Positions 42,962 through 53,400 of a stretch of 64,000 nucleotides of DNA are shown here, piece after piece (the first letter of the stretch is position 1; each line of letters starts with the position of its first letter). The notes beneath the pieces are model-generated. The model ran no database searches. It had not been told where the DNA came from and saw nothing but the letters and a program-made list of their open reading frames with translations. Origin of the DNA: Myxococcales bacterium (GTDB lineage: Bacteria > Myxococcota_A > Polyangia > Polyangiales > DASUME01); NCBI GenBank assembly GCA_047601445.1, contig JASGJH010000001.1:7232001-7296000 (forward strand). Direction: 5' to 3'. A program made the translations under genes and the position numbers.

Positions 42962-43510
42962 CTAATCGCCCACCAACGAGAGCTGCTGCAGCGAGCCTTC
43001 GAGGGTCTCCCCGTCCGTGGTCACGTAGAGCTGGCCTCCGCTGCGCGTGAGCTCCCACTGCATGTTGCGTGAGACCTTGGCGGATAGGGCCGTGATCAGC
43101 GCCGGCTCCGGGTGCAACAGCACGATGGACTCGGCACGGTGGATGGCCACGCGGCGCGCTTCGCGCAGCACGAGCTCGGGATCGTGGTGGCAGTAGATCA
43201 CGACCTGCGGACACGCCTTGCTCGCCTTGTGGAGGCGCTCGCCGGAGGGGGCGCCCACCTCGATCCACGCCGTGGTTCGACCATCGGGGGTCTTGATGTA
43301 GATGGCGGGCTCGTCGGTCTGGGAGAGTCCGCCCTTGCAGAACTCGATGCCCTCCTCGAACGACAGGCAATAGGCGAGCGCGCGTGTCACCAGATACTGA
43401 GGGGTCTCGGAGGGGTGCTGCGCGAGCCGCAAATCGAGGGCTTCGTAGATGCCGCGGTCACTGTCTGCGAGCTGCACCTTGAGTCGCAGTACGGTCGCCG
43501 TGAGAGCCAT
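42962..43510 (-). CDS. yaeQ: YaeQ-family protein
   Basis: LAQHPSET, GLSQTDEPA, WIEVGAP, RLHKASK. Confidence 0.9.
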   Translation of the reverse strand: MALTATVLRLKVQLADSDRGIYEALDLRLAQHPSETPQYLVTRALAYCLSFEEGIEFCKGGLSQTDEPAIYIKTPDGRTTAWIEVGAPSGERLHKASKACPQVVIYCHHDPELVLREARRVAIHRAESIVLLHPEPALITALSAKVSRNMQWELTRSGGQLYVTTDGETLEGSLQQLSLVGD

Positions 43511-43575
43511 GCGCGCGAGCCTACGCGCTCCGAGTGAATCTGGCTACGCTTGGGGGGTGACCTTCACTGCGGACA

Positions 43576-43658
43576 CCGTGAGCGCAGAGAACCTCGCGGC
43601 GGGGTGGGCCCTGGCGCGGCTTTGCCGCGACGGGCGGGGAGGGCGCGTGCCCTCCCCG
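43576..43658 (+). repeat. Dispersed element copy E (full)
   Basis: Terminal hairpin variant CGGGGAGGGC-GCGT-GCCCTCCCCG. Confidence 0.95.
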
Positions 43659-43666
43659 AAAACAAG

Positions 43667-44023
43667 ATGACGGAGGTGGGCTGGGTAATCGGGGCGCTCT
43701 CGATCCTGGGGGGCCTGGCTTGGCTGGTCGCCGCGCTGCCCCCGCTTCAGCTGCTCTACATCTCGCTGGCGGTGGTGGGCCTTGGTGTGTTGCTCGGCAT
43801 TCCCTTTGGCTTGCTCTATCACCTGCGTCTGCGGACCGAGCTCTTGCGGCTCGGGGAGTTACCGCGCCGGTGGTACCTCGAGCCGACCAAGCTGCACGCT
43901 CGCCTCGGCGACGCAGCGCTGGCGCGGGTTTACCCGGCGTTCATGCTCGGCGCGCTCGGGTTCGGGCTCATCATGCTGGGCTGCACGCTGGCCACGCTGA
44001 CGCTGTTCACTCACTTCGCGTGA
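43667..44023 (+). CDS. Small membrane protein (about 3 TM)
   Basis: MTEVGW...; hydrophobic segments; ATG 8 nt after repeat E. Confidence 0.65.
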   Translation: MTEVGWVIGALSILGGLAWLVAALPPLQLLYISLAVVGLGVLLGIPFGLLYHLRLRTELLRLGELPRRWYLEPTKLHARLGDAALARVYPAFMLGALGFGLIMLGCTLATLTLFTHFA

Positions 44024-45179
44024 AATCACGCTTGATCCGCTTGGCGATCGACCAGCGGTGGACCTCGGAGGGGCCATCGTAGATACGGAAGGCGCGGATT
44101 TCGCGGAAGATCTGCTCCACCGGCGTGTCCCGCGTGACGCCCGTGCCGCCCATGATTTGCACGCAGCGGTCGGCCACGCGGTAGAGTGCCTCGGAGCAGG
44201 TCACCTTGGCCACCGATGACTCGTGGGTGCCCCGCTCGCCCTGGTCGAGCACCCAAGCGGTGTAGTCGATCATCAGACGGGACTGCTCGAGGTCCATCAA
44301 GTTGTCGGCGAGCATGAAGCCCACGCCCTCGTGATCGATCAGTGTCTTGCCGAACGCCTGGCGCTTGCAGGCGTAGGCGGCGGCGAGGTCGTGGGCGCGC
44401 TGCGCCGCTCCCCACCAGCGCATGCAGTGCGTGAGGCGCGCGGGCGCGAGACGAACCTGGGCGTACTTGAAGCCCTGATCGACTTCGCCGAGCACCTGAT
44501 CGTCGGGCACCCGTACGTCATCGAGCTGCACCACCGAGTGACCGCCGGGCGTGGCGCTGTCGATGGTGTCGAGCACGCGCTCGATGCGGATGCCCGGGGC
44601 CGCGAGATCGGTGAGGAACATGGTGGAGTGCTCGCCGGTGCGCGCCATCACGATGCCGAAGCTGGCGCCGCGCGCGCCCGTGATGAGCCACTTGCGACCG
44701 CTCAGGATCCACTCTTTGCCGCGCAGCTCCGCTCTGGTCTTGAGCATCGACGGGTCGGCGCCCGCGCCACCGTCCGGCTCCGTCATCAAGAATGCCGAGC
44801 GGATGCTACCGCTGGCGAGCGGCCGCAGGAAGCGTTCACGCTGGGCAGGGCTCGCGATCTTCTCGAGCATGTGGATGTTGCCCTCGTCGGGAGCCATGCA
44901 GTTCATGGCGATGGGCCCGAGCAGCGAGTAGCCGGCAGCGCGTAGCACCGTGGCGGTCTCACGGTGATTGAGGCCCTGGCCGCCCATGTCCACGCTCGCC
45001 TGAGGGGCGAGCAGCCCGCGCTCGCGGGCCTTGCCGCGCAGCTCCTGCACCAGCTCGTCGCTGGGACCATGGGCCGAGAGACGCGGATCGCGCTCGTAGG
45101 GGATCACCACCTCGCGGATGAAGGCCTGGGTCTCCCGCTCCAATGTGAGTTCGCGCGCGCTCTTCTGAAAGTCGATCAT
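44007..45179 (-). CDS. Acyl-CoA dehydrogenase
   Basis: APDEGN, FLMTEP, GRKWLITG, RQAFG, RAFRIYDGPSEVH. Confidence 0.95.
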   Translation of the reverse strand: MIDFQKSARELTLERETQAFIREVVIPYERDPRLSAHGPSDELVQELRGKARERGLLAPQASVDMGGQGLNHRETATVLRAAGYSLLGPIAMNCMAPDEGNIHMLEKIASPAQRERFLRPLASGSIRSAFLMTEPDGGAGADPSMLKTRAELRGKEWILSGRKWLITGARGASFGIVMARTGEHSTMFLTDLAAPGIRIERVLDTIDSATPGGHSVVQLDDVRVPDDQVLGEVDQGFKYAQVRLAPARLTHCMRWWGAAQRAHDLAAAYACKRQAFGKTLIDHEGVGFMLADNLMDLEQSRLMIDYTAWVLDQGERGTHESSVAKVTCSEALYRVADRCVQIMGGTGVTRDTPVEQIFREIRAFRIYDGPSEVHRWSIAKRIKRDFTRSE

Positions 45180-45370
45180 GTCCGCTCCCGTCGCCCCGGA
45201 GAGTGACCCATGGTGGCGAGAAATCGAGCGGAACCCCGATCTGGGGAGGGCGGGCCTCCGCGGCGCCAGCGCCATCCCCGAGCGCCGGTGCGCTTGCCGG
45301 CCGCGCCCCATTTTTTTCAAGGTGACAGGCCGCTTTCGGAGTCCGCACAGTGGTTCCGTCGAGCCCATCT

Positions 45371-45453
45371 CGTGAGCGAAGCGAACCTCGCGGCGCGGGT
45401 GGGTCCCAGTGCGGCTTTGCCGCGCTGGGCGGGGAGGGCACGTGCCCTCCCCG
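45371..45453 (+). repeat. Dispersed element copy F (full)
   Basis: Terminal hairpin CGGGGAGGGC-ACGT-GCCCTCCCCG. Confidence 0.95.
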
Positions 45454-45477
45454 TGCAGCAAGAACATCAGAGCCCCC

Positions 45478-46158
45478 ATGAGCGCACGGACGACTCGAAA
45501 GCCGTCACGCGATGCCGCGTCCAAGCCCAGCGCCACCTGGCGCGTGTGGCTCGTGGTCGCCGTCGCTGGTGCGTGCCTGAGCTGTGCTGCCTTCACGCTT
45601 TGGCGGGAGGACCTGCGCTATTCGTTGCCTACCCCACGCCCGCCGGATCTCAAGCTCATGCCCCTCGGTGCGATCGTGCCGCTCGCCGACTGGCTCGGGT
45701 CCTCGGCCGTGGTGTCTGGAGAGCGCCCGCGGTTGCTCCATTTCTTCAACCCGGCCTGCTCCTGCTCTCGCTTCAACCTGACCCACCTGCGTGAGTTACG
45801 TGATCACTTTCGGGGAAAGGTGGACTTCCTGGCAGTCGTGCAAAGTGTCGACTCGAACCAGGAGCTCGCAGCACGCCTCGCAAGCCTCGACCTCGAGATG
45901 CCCCATGTGGTCGACCGAGACGGGCGCATCGCGCGCGAAGCTGGCATCTACTCCACGCCCCAGGCTCTCTTGCTGGATAGGCACGCGCGCATTCTCTATC
46001 GGGGAAACTACAACCTGTCGCGCTACTGCACCGACCCGCGCACCGAGTTCGTGCGCATCGCCATCGAGCGCGAGCTCTCGGCCCAGCCCATCTCGTTGCC
46101 CCAGACGCTTGCTTACGGCTGTGAACTTCCCGGTGCGGCCTCTCGAAGGCAGCCCTAG
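45478..46158 (+). CDS. Membrane-anchored thioredoxin/AhpC-TSA-fold protein with CxC motif
   Basis: N-terminal TM; LHFFNPACSCSRFN; GIYSTP (cis-Pro loop position); YRGNYN; terminal AYGC. Confidence 0.75.
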   Translation: MSARTTRKPSRDAASKPSATWRVWLVVAVAGACLSCAAFTLWREDLRYSLPTPRPPDLKLMPLGAIVPLADWLGSSAVVSGERPRLLHFFNPACSCSRFNLTHLRELRDHFRGKVDFLAVVQSVDSNQELAARLASLDLEMPHVVDRDGRIAREAGIYSTPQALLLDRHARILYRGNYNLSRYCTDPRTEFVRIAIERELSAQPISLPQTLAYGCELPGAASRRQP

Positions 46159-46194
46159 AAGCGCTTCCCACCCCACGCCCGCAGGGTTTCGCCC

Positions 46195-48945
46195 ATGTCA
46201 GAGCTCGCTGCGATGTTCCAGAACGTCACGCCCCCCCCATCCAGCTTCGAGTCCTTCTGTCGCGATCAAGAGCGCGTCGACGGAGTGATGCACGAGGTGT
46301 ACGACCGCGGAGACCGGCTGATGTGCGGTCTGGTCTGTCTGCACATGCTGATCAGCCTGGTATTCGCGGCCTTTTACGACACCTGGCTGGCGTCGGGGGC
46401 CATCGCCGGCGCAGCGGGTACCATGTTCTTCCTGTCGGTCGTACTCTTGCCGCGACAGCGCGTGACGCGGGTCATCGCCGGCATTTCGCTGCAGACCTTC
46501 GTGGCGCTTCACATCTGGCAGCTGCACGGGCTGGCGGAGATGCATTTCTTCTTCTTCACGGCCTTCACGGCGATGGTGGCCTACCAAGATGGCTTGTCGA
46601 TGTGGCCAGGCACGGTGCTGATCATCTTGCAGCACATCCTGTTCGCGGTGCTGCACAACTCGGGAGTCAATCTCTACTTCTACGAGACCTCCTACATCAG
46701 CATCATGCGGCTCGCGTTCCATTTCGGGATCGCCATCTTGCAAGTGGTGCTGTGCGGGATGTGGGCGCACTCCTTGCGACGCAAGGCCCTGCTCGAGGCC
46801 TATCAGCAGGAGTGCCTGCGTGCGTCGCAACGACAGCTCGAGCACGACATGGCAGCGCGTTTGGTGGCCGACCGCGCGCTGGCGGCCAGCGAAGCAGAGG
46901 CCCGTGCTAGCAAGGCTGCCGAGGCCGAGCTCCAGAAGGCGCGTGCGCGTGCCGAGGACGCTGCGCGAGCCAAGGGCGATTTCCTCGCCACCATGAGCCA
47001 CGAGATGCGCACCCCACTCAATGGCATCCTGGGCATGAGCGACATGCTGGCGCGCACCCGGCTCGACAGCCGACAGGGAGAACAGCTCGAGACCCTGCGC
47101 ACCTGCGCGGACAACCTACTCGCGTTGGTGAACGACGTGCTCGACCTCTCGAAGGTAGAGGCAGGTAGCCTGCAACTCGAGGAAACCCCATTCGAGCCGC
47201 GCCTGGTGGTAGACGATGTGTTGGCGATGAACGCCGTGCGCGCCCAGGCCAAGGGCGTGGACCTCCTGGCCGTGGTGGACCGGGCGGTGCCGGAGTCGTT
47301 GGTGGGCGACATGACCCGCACCCGGCAGACCCTGACGAATCTGGTGGCCAACGCGGTGAAGTTCACCGATCGCGGAGAGGTCCGGGTCGAGGTCTCCGTG
47401 GCGCTAGCGCCCAACAAACCACCCAGCCTCCTGTTCTCGGTGCACGACACCGGCATCGGCATCGACGCGACCACGCGGGCCCGTCTGTTCGCGCCTTTCA
47501 CGCAGGCTGACGGCTCCATCTCGCGGCGCTTCGGTGGTTCAGGGTTGGGGCTCGCCATCTCGCGGCGCTTGGTCGAGGCGATGGGGGGCCAGATCGACTT
47601 CGAGAGCGAGCTCGGTAAGGGCAGTTGCTTCTTCTTCAGCTTGCCGTGTCGCGGGGCGACTCCGGTCCCTCGCTCGCCCGCGTTGGGTGGGCGGATGGTG
47701 CACCTGGTGACGCCGCACGAGGGAACGCGGCGCGCCTTGACCGAGCTGCTCGCGGCCAAGGGCATGCGCGTCGCCGCCTGCGGGCTCTCCGAAGCGAGCG
47801 AAGGCGAGTTCGATCTGGTCGTACTCGACAGCGCGCTGCCGAAGGGCGCGCTCGAGGCCTTCTCCAAGTTGGTGGAAACCTCGCGCGTGGTGGTGCTCGC
47901 GCGGCCCGAGCGAGAGCCGCCGCCCTGGGCCAAGTTCATGGTGAGCTGGCCGCTGCGTCACGCGCTCCTGGACGCGGTGGTGACGCGTGTGCTCGCGCCC
48001 GAGCAGGCTACCGCGGGTAGGGGCGAGCGCGGCTTGGCCTGGCGCTGCGCACCGGGCACTCGCGCGCTGGTCGTGGAGGACAACCCGGTGAACCAGGTGG
48101 TGGCTCAGTCCATGCTCGAGGACCTCGGGTTCACGGTGACCATCGCGGACCACGGGGAAAAGGCTCTAACCATACTCGCGCGCGAGCCCTTCGACGTGGT
48201 GTTGATGGACTGTCAGATGCCCGTGATGGATGGCTTCGAGGCCACGCGTCGCTTTCGCGCGGTCGAGCAACCGGGGCGGCGCACGCCGATCGTCGCTCTC
48301 ACGGCGCAGGCGCTGGTGGGGGACGAGGACACCTGTCGCAAGGCCGGCATGGACGACTATTTGCCCAAGCCCATCGAGCGTCGCCTCCTGGTCGGCAAGC
48401 TCGAGCGTCTACTCGAGCGCGTGGCGCCCATCACCAGGCGGCTCAGGCCCGCACCTGCCTCCGCGGCGCCTCAAGCCGACGCGCCGAGTCCGCTCGCTCA
48501 GCCTCGCGTCTCGAACGACAATGAACTCGCGCGCAGCAGCGGCGTGGTGAACCCCGACCTCGAACAGATGTTGGACTTTCTCGAGACGTTCCGCTCCGAG
48601 GTCGGTCCCGGCCCGATGAAGCGTGTCATCTCGGCTTTCCTGGAGAATGCACCCAAGCAAGCCAACGTGCTCTGTGGGGCCGCGGGACTGGTCATCGTGG
48701 GCGGACCAGACAAGACGACCGCGAGCAACTCCGACCGCGTGGGCTTTGCGCGCGCGGCGCATTCTCTGCGCGGTGCCTGCCGCAGCGTGGGGCTGGCGCG
48801 CTTGGCGGATCTCCTGGAGTACCTTGAGGGCAGCAGCGAGGACCGGCCCGAGGCGTTGACCGAGGGCGCGCTGGAGGTGCAGCGGCGTCTGCGCGTGGTC
48901 TGTGAGTGCGTTGCCCTGAGCGTGGATCGCGAGGCCGTGGGCTGA
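46195..48945 (+). CDS. Hybrid sensor kinase (multi-TM sensor, HisKA, HATPase, degenerate REC, REC, HPt)
   Basis: SHEMRTPLNG, NLVANAVKFT, DTGIG, GSGLGL, MDCQMP, AHSLRGA. Confidence 0.95.
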   Translation: MSELAAMFQNVTPPPSSFESFCRDQERVDGVMHEVYDRGDRLMCGLVCLHMLISLVFAAFYDTWLASGAIAGAAGTMFFLSVVLLPRQRVTRVIAGISLQTFVALHIWQLHGLAEMHFFFFTAFTAMVAYQDGLSMWPGTVLIILQHILFAVLHNSGVNLYFYETSYISIMRLAFHFGIAILQVVLCGMWAHSLRRKALLEAYQQECLRASQRQLEHDMAARLVADRALAASEAEARASKAAEAELQKARARAEDAARAKGDFLATMSHEMRTPLNGILGMSDMLARTRLDSRQGEQLETLRTCADNLLALVNDVLDLSKVEAGSLQLEETPFEPRLVVDDVLAMNAVRAQAKGVDLLAVVDRAVPESLVGDMTRTRQTLTNLVANAVKFTDRGEVRVEVSVALAPNKPPSLLFSVHDTGIGIDATTRARLFAPFTQADGSISRRFGGSGLGLAISRRLVEAMGGQIDFESELGKGSCFFFSLPCRGATPVPRSPALGGRMVHLVTPHEGTRRALTELLAAKGMRVAACGLSEASEGEFDLVVLDSALPKGALEAFSKLVETSRVVVLARPEREPPPWAKFMVSWPLRHALLDAVVTRVLAPEQATAGRGERGLAWRCAPGTRALVVEDNPVNQVVAQSMLEDLGFTVTIADHGEKALTILAREPFDVVLMDCQMPVMDGFEATRRFRAVEQPGRRTPIVALTAQALVGDEDTCRKAGMDDYLPKPIERRLLVGKLERLLERVAPITRRLRPAPASAAPQADAPSPLAQPRVSNDNELARSSGVVNPDLEQMLDFLETFRSEVGPGPMKRVISAFLENAPKQANVLCGAAGLVIVGGPDKTTASNSDRVGFARAAHSLRGACRSVGLARLADLLEYLEGSSEDRPEALTEGALEVQRRLRVVCECVALSVDREAVG

Positions 48946-48961
48946 TCCATCCGAGGTGCGC

Positions 48962-49981
48962 TCAGGCGCTGGCCTTCTCCACACCCTGGCCGCGCGTGCG
49001 ACGGGGGCCGCGCTTGCCCCGGTACTGGTTGGGAGTCTTGCCCGTCCAACGCTTGAACGCCCGGTGGAAGGAGCTGCGCTTGGAGAACCCGAGCTTCTCG
49101 GCGATCTCGTCGATGCGGATGTTCTCCTGCAGGTCGATCAAGGCGCGCTGACAGCGGGCCTCGTCGAGTAGATCCCCACACGAACGACCCTCGAGCGCGA
49201 GGCGCTTGCACAGCACCCGCTTCGTGGTCCCAAGTCGGCGCGCCAGGCGCTCGAAGTCCACCTCGGTGAGGTCGGCCTCCTCGCGCAGCGCATGCCGCAA
49301 GCCCTGCAGCAGCGCATCGCCATCGAGCAGCGTATTGCGCTGCTTGCGCGCCATCGCACGCAGCACCGCCTCGAGCGACGCGTCCGCGTGGGGCTGCAAA
49401 AAGGCTAGACACTCCGAGGGTAACGCGAAGCCGTAGCGGGGTTGATCGAAGCGCACGGGGCAGCCGAACATGCGGGTGTACTCGTCGCTGTACTCGGGCT
49501 GCGGGTGGGCGAGCCACAGCTCACGCACCCCGCTGCGAGCCGGGCCCATGTAGAGCCGAGTCACGCGCAAGGTGAAAGCCAGCATGAAGTCCGACCAGAA
49601 GCGCGCCGTGGCCTCGGTGGCGCTCGGCGGAGCAAACCCAAACCAGCTCGTGTCCTCGGCCTGCTCCAGCTGGAAGTCGAAGCCGCCGAGCAACAGCTGC
49701 GCGTACTCGGGCAACACCGAGAGCGCGTCGCCCAGCGTGCGGCACGTGACCATCAGGTGCGAAACCACGTGCAGCATGGACATCGATCCGTGCTCGCCGA
49801 GCGCGAGACCGAGTGCGGGGTTCGCGCTGCCGTCCAGCATGCGCGTGACCAACTCGTCGACCTCGCGTCCGTGGAGTCCGGGACCGAAGCTGGCCTGGGA
49901 GTGGCGCAGCCACACTTGATCCGAGAGCGGATGGAGACTCTCGGCCGAAAACGATCGCACGAGGAGATTCGAGACGAACAT
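48962..49981 (-). CDS. AraC-family regulator (OruR-like N-terminal domain)
   Basis: LGFSKRSSFHRAFKRWTGKTP; FGCPVRF; paralogous to 16751-17785. Confidence 0.9.
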   Translation of the reverse strand: MFVSNLLVRSFSAESLHPLSDQVWLRHSQASFGPGLHGREVDELVTRMLDGSANPALGLALGEHGSMSMLHVVSHLMVTCRTLGDALSVLPEYAQLLLGGFDFQLEQAEDTSWFGFAPPSATEATARFWSDFMLAFTLRVTRLYMGPARSGVRELWLAHPQPEYSDEYTRMFGCPVRFDQPRYGFALPSECLAFLQPHADASLEAVLRAMARKQRNTLLDGDALLQGLRHALREEADLTEVDFERLARRLGTTKRVLCKRLALEGRSCGDLLDEARCQRALIDLQENIRIDEIAEKLGFSKRSSFHRAFKRWTGKTPNQYRGKRGPRRTRGQGVEKASA

Positions 49982-50111
49982 GACGATTTCTCTCTGGGCT
50001 CGACTCCGAATTTTCTACGGACAAGTAAGGTCGAACGCACTGACGACATCGGTTCTGTGAAGTGACCGCTCGTGGCGATTGACCGACAGATCCCGCTTGT
50101 CCAACCAGTGT

Positions 50112-50170
50112 GCCGTTGCGGTAAATCCGCGTTGGGGCCCACCCCACCGCGAGGTTCGCTTCGCTCACGG
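50112..50170 (-). repeat. Dispersed element copy G (diverged, lacks terminal hairpin)
   Basis: Reverse complement CCGTGAGCGAAGCGAACCTCGCGGTGGGGTGGGCCCCAACGCGGATTTACCGCAACGGC. Confidence 0.85.
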
Positions 50171-50493
50171 TGCATGCGCTTTTCGAGCTGCTTTCAGGGC
50201 AGGTCCGCGTTGCCCCGAAGCCTGGCTTCGCGATGTCTGCGGGCCTGGCTGCGCCATGCCCCATCATTGACAGATCGTGACCACTCGGAGTGACTCGCGT
50301 GATCGCGGCCAGTGCGGCGAGGCGCGCTTGGGCATCGAAAGTCATGGTGTTGGACCATCCCGGTAACTGCGTCGATGTAGGGAATGCCGTAGGGTCCAGG
50401 TCGATAGTTCCCTGATTCGAGACGCAGGCGCGGCAGCGCTTTTGTTCGACGCTCCCGCCTGCAATCCAAGCTGGTCTCCTTTGGAGGTCGCCG

Positions 50494-53400
50494 ATGGCGA
50501 GCCCTGTTTTGCTTAAGCGCAGTATCATCGCATTCCTTGGACTCACGGCCGTGGCCTGCGCCAAGGATCCCTGGGCCTATCCCGGTCGCCCGACAAAGTC
50601 GGTCGGCAGCGAGGTCTTCCGCGTGTTTTGTAAGCGCGCGGTGAGGGCATCGACCCCTCACGACCTGGAGGGAACCTCCTTTGACGCTGCCTGTCTCGGC
50701 GAAGGCGATTTGCCAGAGCCGGACGCCAAGGTGAAGGCGGACAAGAACCTGGAGGAGGAGCGTGCCCGACTGGAGGCGCTCCTGAAGCGCCGCGAGGACA
50801 TCGTGGGGGTGATCGACCGCATCCTCGGCGACGACACCGTGACCCAGAAGAAGCTGGTCACGATCCTGGAGCCCGACGAGTTGCGCACCTTCCTGCGTGA
50901 GCTGGTCCCGCTCTATGACAAGCCGCAGGAGGAGCTGCCGGGCACCACACGCACACTAGCGTCGGTGCTCTACCGCCTGGTCGATGACAAGGACAAGACC
51001 GGCAACGACATCCTCAAGGCGCTGTCGCAGGTGAACGGCCGCCAGGGCTACCGCAAGCTGGACCTGGCCCTGGGGCTGCTGCGCCCCCTGCTCGAGTACC
51101 CCGATCTCGATGCGTTCGCGGAGAACGGCCTCAAGGCCATTGCGCACGGCGGTGTGGCCGAAAAGTCGCTCGATGAGATGTCGCTCGGCCTGGCTCTCGA
51201 GATGGCCAACTACGATCCGACCCCGCCAGAGCCCGATTCCACGTTGATCATTGCGCGCGACCTGCTGCTGTCGCCGATCGACCAGCTCGATCAACCCGAG
51301 CGTGAGGCCGTCTACGTCACCAAGCGCGACAAGCGCGGTGTGGCGATTCCCTTTGGCGCCACGGACAAGAGCCTGCCTGCACCCTTCATCGACGACGACG
51401 CTGACGGCCTGGCCGACGTAGACGCGCATGGCCGCTTCCTGTCGGACGGTGAGCTAGTCACCTTGCCCGGACCCTATCGCGTGGCAGGTGAGTCCAAGGA
51501 TACCGCACGCGACGACGTCGGCCGCGCGCTGAACTCGTGGGACGGCAACAAGCAGCTGTACGCTGACTTCGATGCACAGCCCACGCTGGCCGCGGCCATG
51601 CTGCGCGAGACCAAGCGTATGGCCACGCCTGCCAAGGCGGGCGATCGCACCTCGCTGGAGAAGATCGGCCGCGGAATGTCGACGCTGTTCGGCCTGAGCA
51701 GCAAACGCTCCCTGACGTATGGCAAGGCCAAGGTCGAGTACACCGGGCCCGACCCCAAGCTCGGCGCAGCCTACGATCTGGTGCACGCCGTGGCTGCCGC
51801 GGTACGCACCAACCCGGACGTGATGCGGCGCACGGTCGAGCTGCTCAAGCAGGGCATGATCCAGCACGAGCCCGAGATGGCGCAGTTCGTGGAGACGCTG
51901 GTGAACATCAGCGAGCGCGGCGACGAGCATCCGGAAGCCGTGGCCGTGGGCGAGATGGGGCCAGGCACGCCTCACCGCTTCTGGGACGACCTGATCAAGA
52001 TCGGCGTTCGGATGACGGACCGCCCGGGCATGGTGGAGGCACTGATCCGCTGGATCACCACGCCCGAGGCTCAGGCCGCCACCGAGATCTTCGCCGATTG
52101 GATGCAGTACCAGGACGTCACCAAGTACAAGAACGCCGACTTCAAGCCCGGCGACATGCGCGGCGTGTTCACCCCTGCCCAGTGGAAGGACCTCAACGCG
52201 CCCGCTACGACCACGTACCAGACCGAGGTCGATCGCACTCAGCCGAGCGTGGGCCCAAACCGCAGCGTTTGGCAGCAGACCATGTCGATGGTTCACAACT
52301 TGAACCAGGGCATCTGCAACAAGGATCACGCCGTCCTGCACTTGATCGTGTCTTGTGACCCGTCGCTTCAGCCGGCGAGCCCCGCGCTGCCTTCGCAGCC
52401 CATCGCTTGCGCCGTGGGCAGCATCCAGGACTACCCCTGGACCGGCATGGGATACAACAAGTGCGACCTGTTCGAGGTCCCGCACATGATTCGCATCTGG
52501 GTGCAGTCGATCCTCGGCGAGGGCGTGATCGAGCTCAAGCCGGCCGACTTCAACACCGGCGTCTACCAGATCTTCGGCGTGCAGGTGGACGTGGTCCAGG
52601 AGCTCGAGACGCAGGTCTTGGGCTTCAACAAGAGCCCGACGCCCACCTCGTTCGCGCGCTTCCTGTACGGACCACCCAACCAGTTCACGCAAAAGATGAA
52701 GCCCGACGTGCTCCGCGACGGCGCCAAGATCGAGGAAATCGATCCCTACGCGCTGTTCGCGATGGAAGTGAAGCACAAGAGCGCGGGCGACATGAGCTTC
52801 CTCGAGGCGGGCAAGGGCCTGGTGGAGATCTTCGAGAGGCACGAGCTCACCAAGCCCGGCAAGCACCCGGTGACGGGCGCCGACGTTCCTGGTGCGCTGC
52901 TCAAGGAGGGTTACCTCTTCGCCGATATGCTGGACGTGTTCCACATGCACTGGGGTTCACGCACGGACGAGCCCTGCACGGGTGTGCCAGCGTGCACCCA
53001 GCACGCGGACCCCAAGGCTCCGTTCTTCTCGTACCAGACGGACCTGCGCAGCTACGAGCCCCTGCTCATGGAGGTGTTCCGTGACGACAAGCTCGTGAAG
53101 ACGCTCGCCGACGCCACCAAGGCTCTGGACAGCATCCAGATCGACGGCAAGAGCGGCATCGTGATCTTGAGCGAGTTCGCCGAGCTCATGCTCAAGCCGC
53201 AGAAGGACCTCACCTATCGTGACGGCACCCCCAGCGCCAAGAACAACGTGGGCGATGACCTGGGCTACGTGTCGCCGCTGTACCTCTTCCTCGATGGCCT
53301 CAAGCGCATCGACCAGAACTTCGCCGCCGACGAGAACAAGGGCCGCCAGGATGTTTGGAAGGAGGCCCGCAGCGAAGTCGTGGACCTGTTCCTCACGGTG

